From Octopus sinensis (Eukaryota): a stretch of 64,000 bases of DNA. This document shows positions 27,501 to 40,797 of the stretch, piece after piece; position 1 is the first letter of the stretch; each line of letters begins with the position of its first letter. The position numbers and the translations under genes are program-made. Location: the NCBI RefSeq assembly GCF_006345805.1, contig NC_043019.1, positions 9,857,360 through 9,921,359 of the forward strand. Reading direction: 5' to 3'. The notes under the pieces were generated by a model that did not search any database, was not told the DNA's origin, and worked only from the letters and a program-made list of their open reading frames with translations.

Positions 27501-28645
27501 TTCCTTTGACATTGCTGCACCTCTTATGTGTCCATAGCTTACACTTGGTGCATCTTATAGAGTTTCTACCTACACCTTTTTTACAGATCGAGCAGGGCCA
27601 TCTACCTGAAGGCGTTTGTGATTGATCTACCTTCCTACTTATTAGGACTTTGGTTTTAGCTAGGTTGTATATATATATATATATACATGCTGGTGGCACG
27701 TAAAAACACCCACTACACTCTCAGAGTGGTTGACGTTAGGAAGGGCATCCAGCTGTAGAAACTCTGCCAGATCAAGATTGAAGCCTGGTGCAGCCATCTG
27801 GTTCACCAGCCCTCAGTCATTCGTCCAACCAATGCTAGCATGGAAAGCGGACGTTAAACGATGATGATGATATATATACTGCTTGCAGGGACAGCATATT
27901 TTCTTCTGCAGCCATAATATACTACCAAGTACATTAAAGGTTTTATTAGTCAACACTCTGTTCTACTTAGCTGTGTGATCTCTGTAGATTTTCTATAGAA
28001 ATTAGAGCCAGCTCTGAGATTTATGATGTTTTCTATACAAATATGTTCATGTAACACCATTGGATTGGCCACTTTTACTTGTTGAATACATGCCTGAAGC
28101 CTGGTACATGCATAGTGCTTGCTGGTAGGGACACTGTATTTCATAATTGTTCATAAGTTACTACCAAGTATATTAAAGATTTTATGTACACACACACACA
28201 TGCCCATATTTATTTTGAAATACATGAAATACATGTTTATATATTTTGAAATACATAAATCTTAAAACATTCCCAGGGTTAACATTGTACTTTGACATTC
28301 AGTGCCTTCAGCAGAGTTAACTCCTTTTCAGGCATTTGGTCATTTCCCCAATTCAAGAACTCTGCCTCTGTTCCCCAAAATTTCTGAATACTCTGAAAAA
28401 ATATCCCATGGGTACTGTTTGTCTTCCTTTGTTGAATCCAATAAAAATCATAATCCATTTATATTTCCCTTGTCAAGAGAAAATCTGAGTAAAAAAAAAA
28501 TTATCAGAAAGAAAAACATATAAATTAAATAAAAAACACAAACTCACCTGCCAGATCTTACAAGAGTTGGATCGAAATGGTCTTCTTCTACTTCTTCCAC
28601 TTCTTTAAGAGATGAAGCTGATGAATTTCGGCGCATTTGCTGTGC

Positions 28646-28683
<38 letters not shown>

Positions 28684-31600
28684 CCTTTCTACAATAGGCA
28701 CAAGACTTGCAATTTGTGGGGAGGTGACTAGTTGATTACATTAACCCCATGTTTCACTAGTACTTAATTTATCAACCTTCAAAGGATGAAGGGCAAAGAC
28801 AACCTCAGTGGAATTTGAACTCAGAATGTAGCAACAGACAAAATACCACAAGGCATTTCACCTGGTATGCTAATGATTCTGCCTGCTTGCTACCTTAATA
28901 ATAATTATTATAATAATCCTTTCTACTGGAAGCATAAGGCCTCAAATTTGGGGGGAAGGGGTCAAGTCGATTACATCAAACCCAGTGCGTAACTGGTACT
29001 TATTTGATTGACCCCAAAAGGATGAAAGGCAAAATTGACCTCGGTGAAATTTGAACTCAGAATGTAGCAACAGGTGAAATACCATTAAGCAATTCCTCCA
29101 GCAAGCTAAGGATTCTGCCAGCTCACTGCCTTAATAATAATAATAATAATAATAATAAAAATTTCCCCTGTGATTTCAAGCTTCCTGAAGCACAATATGT
29201 CGTTGTGGAATACAAATCTCCAATTATACCACTCTAATGGAGTACTTGCCTCAGAAAATATAAACATCAACTGTGGAATTTTTCAAGGTGACTCACTTTC
29301 ACCTTTAATATTCTGCATAGCCCTAATACCCCTTACAAGTGAATTAAACAGAACAGGGTATGGGTATAAAATTGCCAATGAAAAAATAAGCCATCTATTT
29401 TATATGGAGGACTTGAAACTCTATGGTAAAGACAATAATGAACTTGAAGGCCTATTGCGCACAGTGAAAGCATTCAGCGATGACATCGGGATGGAGTTTG
29501 GACTTGAGAAGTGTGCCAAGGCCACTTTCCAGAAAGGGAAAGTGAAGACCACAAATTCAGTCGTGTTAGATGTTGACACAGTCATAAGAGAGCTTGAGCA
29601 AGAACAAACATACAAATATTTAGGGATAAATGAAGGCTCTGGTATTCAGCATGCAATCATGAAAGAGAAGATCAGGAAGGAATGTTATAGGAGAGTTCGT
29701 GCAGTCCTGAAATCTGAACTAAATGCACGTAACAAGGTGTTAGCTATAAATTCCTTAGCAGTTCCAGTTGTTACTTATAGCTACAATGTGTTGAACTGGA
29801 ATATGAGTGAAGTAAAGAATATAGATAGGAAAATACGCAAGTTGCTGAGTTGTAATAGGATGCACCACCCAAAGGCAGACGTAGATCGCCTTTGCCTTCC
29901 CAGAGCCCAAGGAGGTCGAGGCCTGATCCAATTTGAACTAGCTTACAAAACAACCACAATTGGACTGGCCAAATATCTTGAAATAACGAATGACTGGATG
30001 CTAAAGCTCGTGGAAAATCACGAGAGACGAAAGAAGCTTCATTCTATCATAAAGGAAAGCAAAAAATTTGCTATTGATCTCGTGCAGGATACCCAAACTG
30101 AACAACCCAAGGGAAGTACGGCAACTATTGTTGCAAAGAAGGTGAAAATAATGGCAATGAAAAAAGCGCACAAGCAATTGGCTGATAGGTGGGAGGAGAA
30201 ACCTCTGCACGGAAAATATGTGGCCCGCAGCAAACAAGCTGATGTTGACCAGAAGCAAACCCATCAGTGGCTACGGAGCTCAGGGCTAAAAGCAGAGAGC
30301 GAAGGTTTCATCCTGGCTGCTCAAGATCAAAGCCTATTAACCCGGAACTACCAGGCCAATGTGAGGAAAAATGGAGCAGACCCAAAATGCTGATTCTGCA
30401 ACGACATGATTGAAACAGTGGACCACCTAATCTCTGGATGTAAAGTCTTAGCACCAGTGGAGTATAAATTAAGACATGACAGAGTTGGCCAATATCTACA
30501 CTGGCTAATAAGTCAACATTACAATATCAAAACTGCCGACAAGTGGTATAATCACCACCCTGAAGGTGTAACTGAAGGAGAAAATGTAACGATTCTGTCG
30601 GACTTTCCAGTACATACAGACCGAACCATAAACCAGATATTGTTGTGAAAGACCAAAACAATAAAGTTTGCTTATTGATCGACATGAGCATCCCCTGTGA
30701 TCATAATATCTCGGCGAAAGAGTTTGACAAGCTCAGAAAATATAAAGACCTACTCATTGAAATTGAGAAAATGTGGCATCTCAAGGCGGTTACAATACCA
30801 GTGATCGTATGAGCACTAGGAATGATCAAGAAGGGAACCGAAAATTATATGAGAATGATCCCTGGCTTACCATCCCTGCAAGAAGTGCAAAAGATTGTCT
30901 TAACTGGTACATCACACATATTGAGAAGAGCATTGTCGATGTGAGAACTATTACTACCCATGTATTTTAATTTAACTTAAAAAAAAAAAAATGAACGAAC
31001 TATTGAGTTTAGTTTAATGGCCTACCAATGAGTTTCTTTGCCCTAGGAGTCGGGAAGACACTCGGCAAGAAATGGAAGCAAATTTGAAAGAAAGAAAAAA
31101 AAAAAATAATAATAATAATGAGTTCAAATTTTTACCACAAGGGCAACTTGGGGGAGGGGATTAAGTTAATTACATCAACCCCAGTGTTTCACTGGTACTT
31201 AATTTATTGACTCTGAAAGGATGAAAGGCAAAGTCGACCTTGATGGAATTTGAACTCAGAACATTGCGACAGGTGAAATACCACTAAGCATTCTGTCCAG
31301 CATGCTAACGATTCTGATGGGCCAATCAACCTGAAAAAATTCTAACTGGGCTTCACCTGCAAGTTCATGCGCTGTATATTTTGATATGAGATCACCATGT
31401 TGCACACATATAGTTGCAATGCATGTGCCTAGTGTATCCTTATCAGACAGGTAGTCATGATGGTATACTAGACTTCGTAAGGCGGCGAGCTGGCAGAAAC
31501 GTTAGCACGCCGGGCGAAATGCTTAGCAGTATTTCGTCTGCTGCTACGTTCTGATTTCAAATTCCACCGAGGTTGACTTTACCTTTCATCCTTTTGGGGT

Positions 31601-34600
31601 CGATAATTTAAGTACCAGTTACGCACTGGGGTTGATATAATTGACTTAATCCGTTTGTCTGTCCTTGTTTGTCCCCTCTGTGTTTAGCCCCTTGTGGGTA
31701 GTAAAGAAATAGGTATACTGGACTTCATATATTTGTACCCCAGTGTCACTTTGATGGCATGCACTGCTCTCTTACTCAATAATAATAATAATAATAATAA
31801 ATGGCCATGAGAATAATGCTCCAATGCACATACATGGCTAGACAGCCAATCTAATCCCCTTCACTCCTAACATAGCAGACCAAGCCTGAAACCCATTCAG
31901 CACCCCACCCCCACCCCACAGAATATCTCCCCCCAAATAGGTAAGAACAGCATGTCGAGGAGAATGAACATTAGAACTCCATTTTGGAAGGCCATAGAAA
32001 GTGCTCCAAATCAATAATGATAAAAGCTGTCCCACCAACACAGTCAACTACAAAAACGAAGACAAACACAAAAGCAACAAAGCCACTGACTACAGGAAAT
32101 AGTCACAGAGAACCGTTGCTTACAACAGTGCTACCACCTCCACCACCACCAATAATACAAGCAAATGGTAATAGTACTAATGATAACATGCCCTGGATAT
32201 GGCATGAAACTGCATCCAGTTGTGGTATCATTACATGAGAAGAACAAAGTTACCCTTAACTACAACTACCTTCAAATTCTCATTGAGCAAAGTGTAGCAC
32301 CTGTAAGCCCACTATGGGACCTAAGAAATACCAGATTGGCTTCTGGCATGGTTAAGCCTGTCTCATGGGAAGATAGATCTCTTTGGCCTTGAAAGTGCAC
32401 AGTGTATCACACGTCAGGGATTGAAGTAATCACAGAGCAGCCCTCTAGAGGTGATTCAATTAAAACACTGATGGTTGTGCCACTGCAGCACCAAAATTCT
32501 CAGGAGTGAAAATGTCAAATACAAAGCTATAAAACAATGGATTGAATGAGACTGGTGCTAAAAACAGTGTACATGAGGGTAGTTGTGGACTCTCAAAACC
32601 TTGGCTAGCAACCCACCTAATTATAGTGTTGTGATAAAAATACTGGTGATCACAACCTTACAAATGCTACCTCTAAATGAGTGATGTCAAAATTAAGAAA
32701 CCACAACTGTGCTAATGGGACTAGAACCGTTAACAGTGAAGGTATCATGCATGGTAGGCAGGGAACATCTGATCAAGCTCTGGCAGGTTGTCCTCATGCT
32801 ATTGATTAGGACCAAAATCATAGTCAAAAGAGCAAAAGGAAAAAAATGAAATGGGAAAAAGATGGAAACAAAATAGTAATAAAAAAAGGCTTCATGAAAT
32901 GAATGAAGGAAATATGGGATAAAAGAGGTTTTGAAGCATCTGCTCAGCAACTGATAGACCAAGCAAACGCAATCCAGGTGTAGTGACAGAAATTCAGAGA
33001 AGCATAATAAAAAGAGCAGAAGGACAGTGAAACAGCAGTAGCAGAAAGCAGTAATGAAGGGGTAAAAGATGGAGAACATGAAACAGATGGAAACCACAGG
33101 GTACCAGAGAATATTGATAAAGTAACTAATAAAGACAATCTAGATGAACAAGTGACAGTAAGTACTGCACAAGACTTCAATGATGAAGAGAAGAACATTT
33201 TAGAAATGACATTTTGAGCTTGATTAAAACAGAAGACATCAGAGAAACAAACCAGCTAATCATAGCTTCTGCTAATGTCGTAGCTAACATAGTAGGCTAC
33301 AAGTGAAAAACTGAAGATTCAAAAGTAAATGAAAAGAAAGAACCAAACTGGAGGAAGAGAATGCGAATGAAGCTGGAAAAGACATGGAAAGAACTAGAGC
33401 AATTGAACAGGATGATTAGAAAAGAGCTCAAGAATAAGGTAATAATCAGAAAATTGAATGGACAGTACGTGTTAGAAGAAATCAAACAGTAGATGAGGAA
33501 TAGACACAAAAGGTGACAGCATTAAAGGCAAAACTGAAAAGCTATGATGACAATGCAAAGGTTTCATACAGAATAGACTGTTCCAATCAAACAGAAGGCA
33601 AATATTTGAGGAAATAGGAGGCCAACACCAGGAACTGATTTCAGAAGCAGAAGAAAGTAAAGAATTTTGGAGAAGGCTATGGAACAGGCCAGCAAGACAT
33701 AAAGAAAGTGTGGAGTGGCTAACAAAGGTGGAAAGACAACTTTCAACTGTACTGCGACAAAAAGACGTCTGAGTTAATCTATATACAGTGAGGCAGAAGT
33801 TGAAAAAATAGCAAATTGGAAAGTACTAGGCCGGATAGAGTAGAAGGCTATTGGTTGAAGAACTTTACACTGTTATATGAAAGGATCGCTGCACAACTGG
33901 ATGATTGCTTGCAGTAAGGTCATGTCTTAGTCTGGATGACAAGTGGATGAACACTGCTATGCCTCAAGGATCCCTTGAAAGAGAAGTTGACATCAAATTT
34001 TCAATCTATGACTTGTTTGCCACTAATGTGGAAGTTTATGACCACTGTCTTGGCAGAAGAGTTATACAACCATATGGAAAGTAGCAATCTATTTCTGAAC
34101 AGAAAGGATGCAGGAAACAAAGTAGGGCAACAAAAGATCATTCATTAGTTGATGAAATGATAATTAAAAATTGTAGATGCAGATTGACAGGACTAAATGT
34201 AGCATGGCTAGATTACAAAAAAGTATATGACATCGTACCGCACTGTTGGATAAATAAAACAATGAGCATGCTTGGAATGGCAAAAATCATGGAGAAAGTG
34301 CTAAATGAAAGTATGAAACACTGGAATACTGAATTGATTTGAGGAAAACAAAAACTTGGAAAAGTGACCATTAAATGTGTAATATTCCAAAGTGATAGCT
34401 TATCTCCATTACAATTCATATTGGCCATGACACTGCTCACTATGATACTATGGAAAGTTAAAATTGCTTATGATTTAGGAAAAGGAAATGGTGAGATAAA
34501 TCATCTCCTTTTCATGAATGATATAAAGGTTTATGTGAAAGATGAGAAACAACTTGAAAGTCTTATACATACTATCTTCATTTTCTCATCTAACATAGGT

Positions 34601-37600
34601 ATGGAATTTGGGATAGAAAAGTGTGCTATATTGAAAATGAAATGTGGAAGATTTGAAAGAAGCCAGGGAATTGAAATGCCAAATTAGCAAACAATGAGAG
34701 CAGTTGGGAAAGGACAGTGGTATAAGTAAGTGGGAATACTGGAAGGGGACAAGATATAAAAAGAAATTAAACAAGTTATCAGTAGGGAGTACACAAGGAG
34801 AGTAAGAAAATTACAGCAGCCAAAGCTGAATTCCAAAAATCTGATTGAAGCAATAAATTCAAGAGCAGTACCCTTAATCAGATATAGAGTTGGAATTATA
34901 GACTGGACCAAGAACGATATAAAGAAACATGACAGAAAGCCTAGGAAGTTGTGATAATATCTGGAGCCCACCATCTGAAAACTGGTATCAACTGCTTGTA
35001 CTTGAGGAGAGACTAGGGTGGATGAGGCTAAATAGCAGTAAAAGAATGTGTACATATAGAAAGATAAAGTCTAGTAGAGTATTTACAGAGCAACACAGAA
35101 AAATTACTGAAGACGGTTAATAGTCAAAACAACAGAAATTCATAAAAGAATAAAACATAAAAAAATAGAACTGTTTTCATACCTGAGAAGGCACTCGTAA
35201 TGGAGGTTCAATTCTGATTTTAGGATCCCAGCCACCGGGTGGCAAAACAGTTCCTTGTACCATAAATTCTTCAATTCCTGCCACTAGTTCAGATTTATTG
35301 CGACATTTGTATGCAACTTCACGGAATATCTACAATAATAGATGCAAATCTCACTGGTTCTGGAGTTTCACTTTTTTTATTTTTCATAATTTTATGCAAA
35401 TAGCAAACTGAAATGTTGTTAACAAACAGCAGAAAAGTTGACATTAAAAAACAAATTTAAACAATTGTAAGTAAATTTAGACAAATGTAAGAAATCTTTA
35501 CATGGTCATTTGCCCTCATAAAAAGAGCCATTAAATCTCTCTTCTAGATGTTGTAAAAGAGGAAAATCACATTAGATAGTTTTGCCTTATCTGTATAAAA
35601 GTTGATGTAGTCACAACTAGAATGTCTGATCATAAATCTGTCTGATTTGAGTTGATCTCAAAATAAACGACAGCAACAACTCTACATGGATAAATTTGCA
35701 AAGCATTCAAAAGTAGTTGCAAGTGAAAATATATGAGCTATTATACAACTTAATTACCAAGCCAGTTCAGTGCATGAAAACAGCAAATGTTTATTACAAC
35801 GTAATATTACTTAAAGTAGTCTAGTTGTGAAAATGATAATATTATGGTTATATACAATATTTTAAACAAAGTGTTTCTTGAGTGTTCTGTGCAAACTTCA
35901 TGCAGTCAGGTGCTGACTACACTTTTGTCCAAAGAACAAACTATATAACTCATGAAAGAAACCAAAACAGTTGTCACATTATGGCATGCCAAAAGTACTT
36001 GAAACATGTCACTGGCCAACTGGAGGTGTCTTCTTGGGGTTAAAAACAACAATAACACCGTCCTCAATAGGACCACCATATTTAGTTGGCAAATATATTT
36101 TATGATTCCATACTGTTACTGTTTATCTCTCGCTTAAAAATTTAACATAGCTTATCTCACTCTTTCTACTAGATCAACGACTGTGTATTGCTAGAAAAGG
36201 AGATAGTATTTTGTGATTGGAATTTCTTCATCACTTGCCAGTGATTAACACACACTGAAGATGGGTAGTCACTCAGAAACCTGGGTTTGTGTGTATCAAA
36301 TAAGGATAGAGATGGGAGCGATGACCTTCCTCATAAATACTAATCAGACACAGACTGTGTCAATGGCCAGCTGGAGGAGGTGTCTTCATGGGGTTAAAAA
36401 CAACAGTAACACCATCCTCTATAGGACCACCACAATGTTTTATGATTCTGTAATGTTACCGCTTATCTCTCACTCAAAGATTTAATATTGTTTTCAGAGG
36501 AATAAACATGTTTATTTGCATTTCACGATTTAAAAAAAGAAGCATAAAACAACTAATTTCCCTTAACAGCCCAGAAAAAGTTTACCTTAAACCAGATAAC
36601 TATCTTAGTAGTTCACCTTGTCATCTCTATCTTATGCCATCAGATTTCAATGAAAAGACTGATTATTCAGAAGTACCAACTTAGTTCTGTTTAATGTTTT
36701 GTCTTCTATTAAAGAATGCTTCACAATAATGACATGCTATGTACCTGGTTCCAAATTGCATAAGCACAATTAACTTAAATTACAATGGAATGTTATAAAT
36801 TAGTTACCATATCCCATTATTGTTATCCTCATCAGCAGTTTACATCCACTTTTCCATGCTGGTATAAGTTGGATGGGTATTGGGAAGCATTGTTTTATGG
36901 CCAGATGTCCTTGTCACCAACCCTTTTAGTCATCTCTTATAAAACAGAGACAATATACCCATTCTAAAACAGTAATACACGTGGTATGGCTAACATATCA
37001 CATACAGATCATAATTAGAACCAGGTTTCCCAGATTCAAGTTTTAAGTAACAAAATGACAACTGGCAACAGAATGTATCGTGGGTGAAGGCTGAATACTC
37101 GGACAGGTTACCCATTACATTTTCTAACACACAGACATTGCTGTGTTGCTGAGAAACAGACTTCTCAACCATGTAAAACCATGTAACTGAGGGTTCAGTT
37201 CCATTATGTTACACTTTGATCAAGGGCACAGAAACTGAAAGAGGTCCATCTCGAGCGTATGTATAGACATATAAGACATCATAAAGAAGAATGGAGAATT
37301 GTACATCTTCAAAAATGTGAGATAATATTTGGCAAATATCTATGTCAGCCACTTCAAAGTAGGCATTGTTTATTTACTTGAATTAACTTGTGCAATGTGT
37401 TTATATAAAGCAAATACATGAAGTTTGTCGGACTTGTGCTGTTGTGTGATCTTACTCCCACAGAATTACCACATCAGTGTCCTGCACTGATACAGTTTAA
37501 ATAAATAAACAATGCCTGCTTTGAAGTGGTTGACATAAATATTTGCCAAATATTATCTCACATACCAGTAAACCCATGCTATCAGACAAAATTGTCTCTT

Positions 37601-40600
37601 GGTCGTCATACAAGATTGTGTTGTCCAGGGTCATGCACTATTGACCACCTGTATCTTTGATTTACTGAAATATCATCATTGCTATCTGAATCACCCAACT
37701 GTGTACTAAGAAAATACTCTCAGAGTCATCGTCCAAATCGGAAGGAATAGATGAGGATGGAAGTATAGTGGAGGAGCTTAGTGTAGCTGGATGCAATGAC
37801 CATAAATTGCGTGGAGGCAGAGCTGGATGAGATGACTGTGATGATGCACAAAAGCATAGCCGGACATAATGACCATAAATTGGATGAAACTGGTGTAGAT
37901 GATGAAGTTGATGGAACTGAACTGGTAGGACACAATGAGGGTGATGGAACCAGAGCAGTAGGACATGATGAGATTGACAGAGCTAGTATGGTAGGACATG
38001 ACAAGGCTGACAGAATTGGAGTGGTAGGACATGATGAGGCTGACAGTACTGGAGTGGTAGGACATGATGAAGCTCGAGTGGTAGTACATGATGATGAATG
38101 TGATGAAGGTGGAGTGGTACGATGTAATGATGAAGCCAGAGTAGTAGGATGTGACTATAATTTACATATGGGATCAGAACCTGACCGTAAATTACAAGCA
38201 GGACCACAAGATTCAGCTACAACATTGGCTGAAGATGGAGTGAAATGTGGAGAATAGGGTAGTTGATCAACCACTTCAAAGTCAAATCATGCACAGCAGC
38301 CATTGAAAGCAAGGACTACTGGGCTGGAGCCTTGTCCCAATGAAACAAGACCCCTTCTGTCAATGTTCCTGGGTGTTTGGTTTCGACAGCTTTTCATAAC
38401 TGCCTCAGCAAGTTGGCATTGTATTCTCCATTGATGGTTTGACTCTTTTGAAGATAGTCAAACACAATGCATTTTACATCCCAAAAAACTGAGGCCATCA
38501 GCTTCCTTGCAGATGAAATGATCTTGGCCTTCTTTAGGGAAGGTGACGAGAGGTGTTTCCACTGCATGAATTGTCTCATTATCTCTGGCTCAAAGTGATG
38601 AACCCAATACTCATACTAGCTTAGGAAATGTTCAAGGAGACCAGCTGGATCTGTCTCAAAGTATGTTAGATTTTCTTGTGGTCTGATCAACCTGGGGCAC
38701 TTTTGAGTAGGTGTTAGAAGATGTGGCACCCACCAAGCAGAAACCTTTGTTATGCCAAGTTCATTGTACAGAATATTTTCAGCTCTTTCATGGAATATGT
38801 TAATAGCATTAGCTATTTGATTTATAGTCAATCATCTGTCATCTATCAGCATATAGTGAACACAGTCAATGTTTTCCTTGGTGGTGGCAGTTGCAGGACA
38901 TCCAAATGTTGATTCACCTTCAAGACTCACTTGCCCTTCCTCACCTAAATTCAGTTGCCCACTTTTGCATTGTTGATAAAGCTAGAGTCTCATCATCTAA
39001 TGTAGCAAGCATGCCAGTATAAATGTAGTTGAGGGCTAAACGCAATTTTTTTTCTGCAGGTACTTGATACCTTGATGCAAAATTTTATCTATTTTCAACA
39101 AAAGTTGCGACTAGTTATTTGTGAAGTCTTCTTTAAACAGTCAAATGTCAATTTTCCTGAAAAGAAACAATGCAGCAATTGATAAGAAGGATTGAAATTA
39201 ATGTATGCAAGATTTCACAGCTCTAGCATCACTCCTTCATGGTTAGTCTATGATCTTTTCAGCCCATCCTTAATTAATAATTTTGCTTCTTGTAGCAGAT
39301 AAACTTTATGCATGGTAGGTATTTAAAGCATCGTTGAGTGACTGAGCCAAAAGTTTGAAATGTGATCATAATGTATTTGTGGAAATAGAGTAGGAAATCT
39401 ACAAAAACCATTATCAGTCTAATATGACTCATCATCATCATTTAATGTCTGCTTTCCATACTGGTATGGGTTGGACATTTTTACTGAAAATTGTTAAGCC
39501 GGGGAGCTGCACCAGGTCCCAATCTAATTTGGCAAGGTGTCTATGGCTGGATGTTCTTCCTAACACCAACCACTCCAAGACTGTAGTGGGTGCTTTTATG
39601 TGCCACTGGCATGAGTGCCATTGATGTGACGCTGCCATTGGCCACGACTACAATCTCACTTGGCTTGACAGGTCTACACAAGCATGGTATATTGCCACTC
39701 ATCTATCCCTAGTTTCTACATTGATCATCAGATAAGGGATCGGGGGACCCTGTCAAAGGCTTTCTCCATGTCAACAAAAGCCAAGGACCGAGGTTTATCT
39801 TTGGCTATGTATTTCTCCTGCAGCTGTCTTACCAGAAAAATAGCATCAGTGGTGCTTCTCCCTGGCACAAAACCAAACTGCATCTCATCTAGACTGACTC
39901 TTGACCCTCTCTGTGACTTTCATCACCTGATTCAACAATTTGATACCTTTGTTAATTATTTCTAAGGCATCCTAATCTCTGTGTCTCCCAGGACTACACC
40001 TTCTACACCCTCATAGTTGGCCCATCAGGAAGCATTGCTGAGATGTTTAAAATATCTGGTGGTGTATGTAAGGCCAAGTCGTCTGTATAGTTAATCAGGT
40101 GGTACACAAAGGAATCATAACCAATGACTGGTTTAGCAGCACCATAGTCAACTGCTACGAAGGTAAAGGAGACAGCTTAGATAGAAATAATTACAGAAGT
40201 ATCAAGTTGTTCGATCAGGTGATGAAAGTCACAGAGAGTGTCTGGACTAATTCAAGTTCAAATACTAAGTAAAAATAAGATATTTTTTAAAACCATATGC
40301 GAAATTCTTTTAATTTAAAATTTCTTCCATACCCGTGGCACGTAAAAGGGTACCATTTGAGCATGATCATTATCAACGTCGCTTCACTGGCACCTGTACC
40401 AGTGGTACGTGTAAAAAGATTCGAGCGAGGTCGTTGCCAGTGCCACCTGACTGGCTCCCGTGCCGGTGGCACGTAAAAAGCACCCACTACACTCTCGGAG
40501 TGGTTGGTGTTAGGAAGGGCCTCCAGCTGTAGAAACTCTGCCAGATCAAGATTGGAGCCTGGTGCAGTAGTCTGGCTCGCCAGCCCTCAGTCAAAATCAT

Positions 40601-40765
40601 GGAAAGCGGACGTTAAACGATGATGATGATGATGATGAATGTGTTTTCTTAATTACATTATATAATAGATAAGTAGATAAACAGATTATATGTGAAATAA
40701 TAAACAGAAGCTTCATAAAAAGCAGAAACACGTAACTATTAAAACTGTAACTTGAGAAGTTTCAG

Positions 40766-40797
<32 letters not shown>

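Noticed and set aside
27888-28185. Short direct repeat (tactaccaagta(c/t)attaaag) about 240 nt apart
   Set aside because: Too short and AT-rich to interpret, and no associated ribozyme or TE signature seen.
35225-35245. VLPPGGWDP instead of the usual VLPPGEWDP as a possible editing-related site
   Set aside because: The codon is genomic GGC, which A-to-I editing cannot convert to Glu; treated as ordinary divergence.
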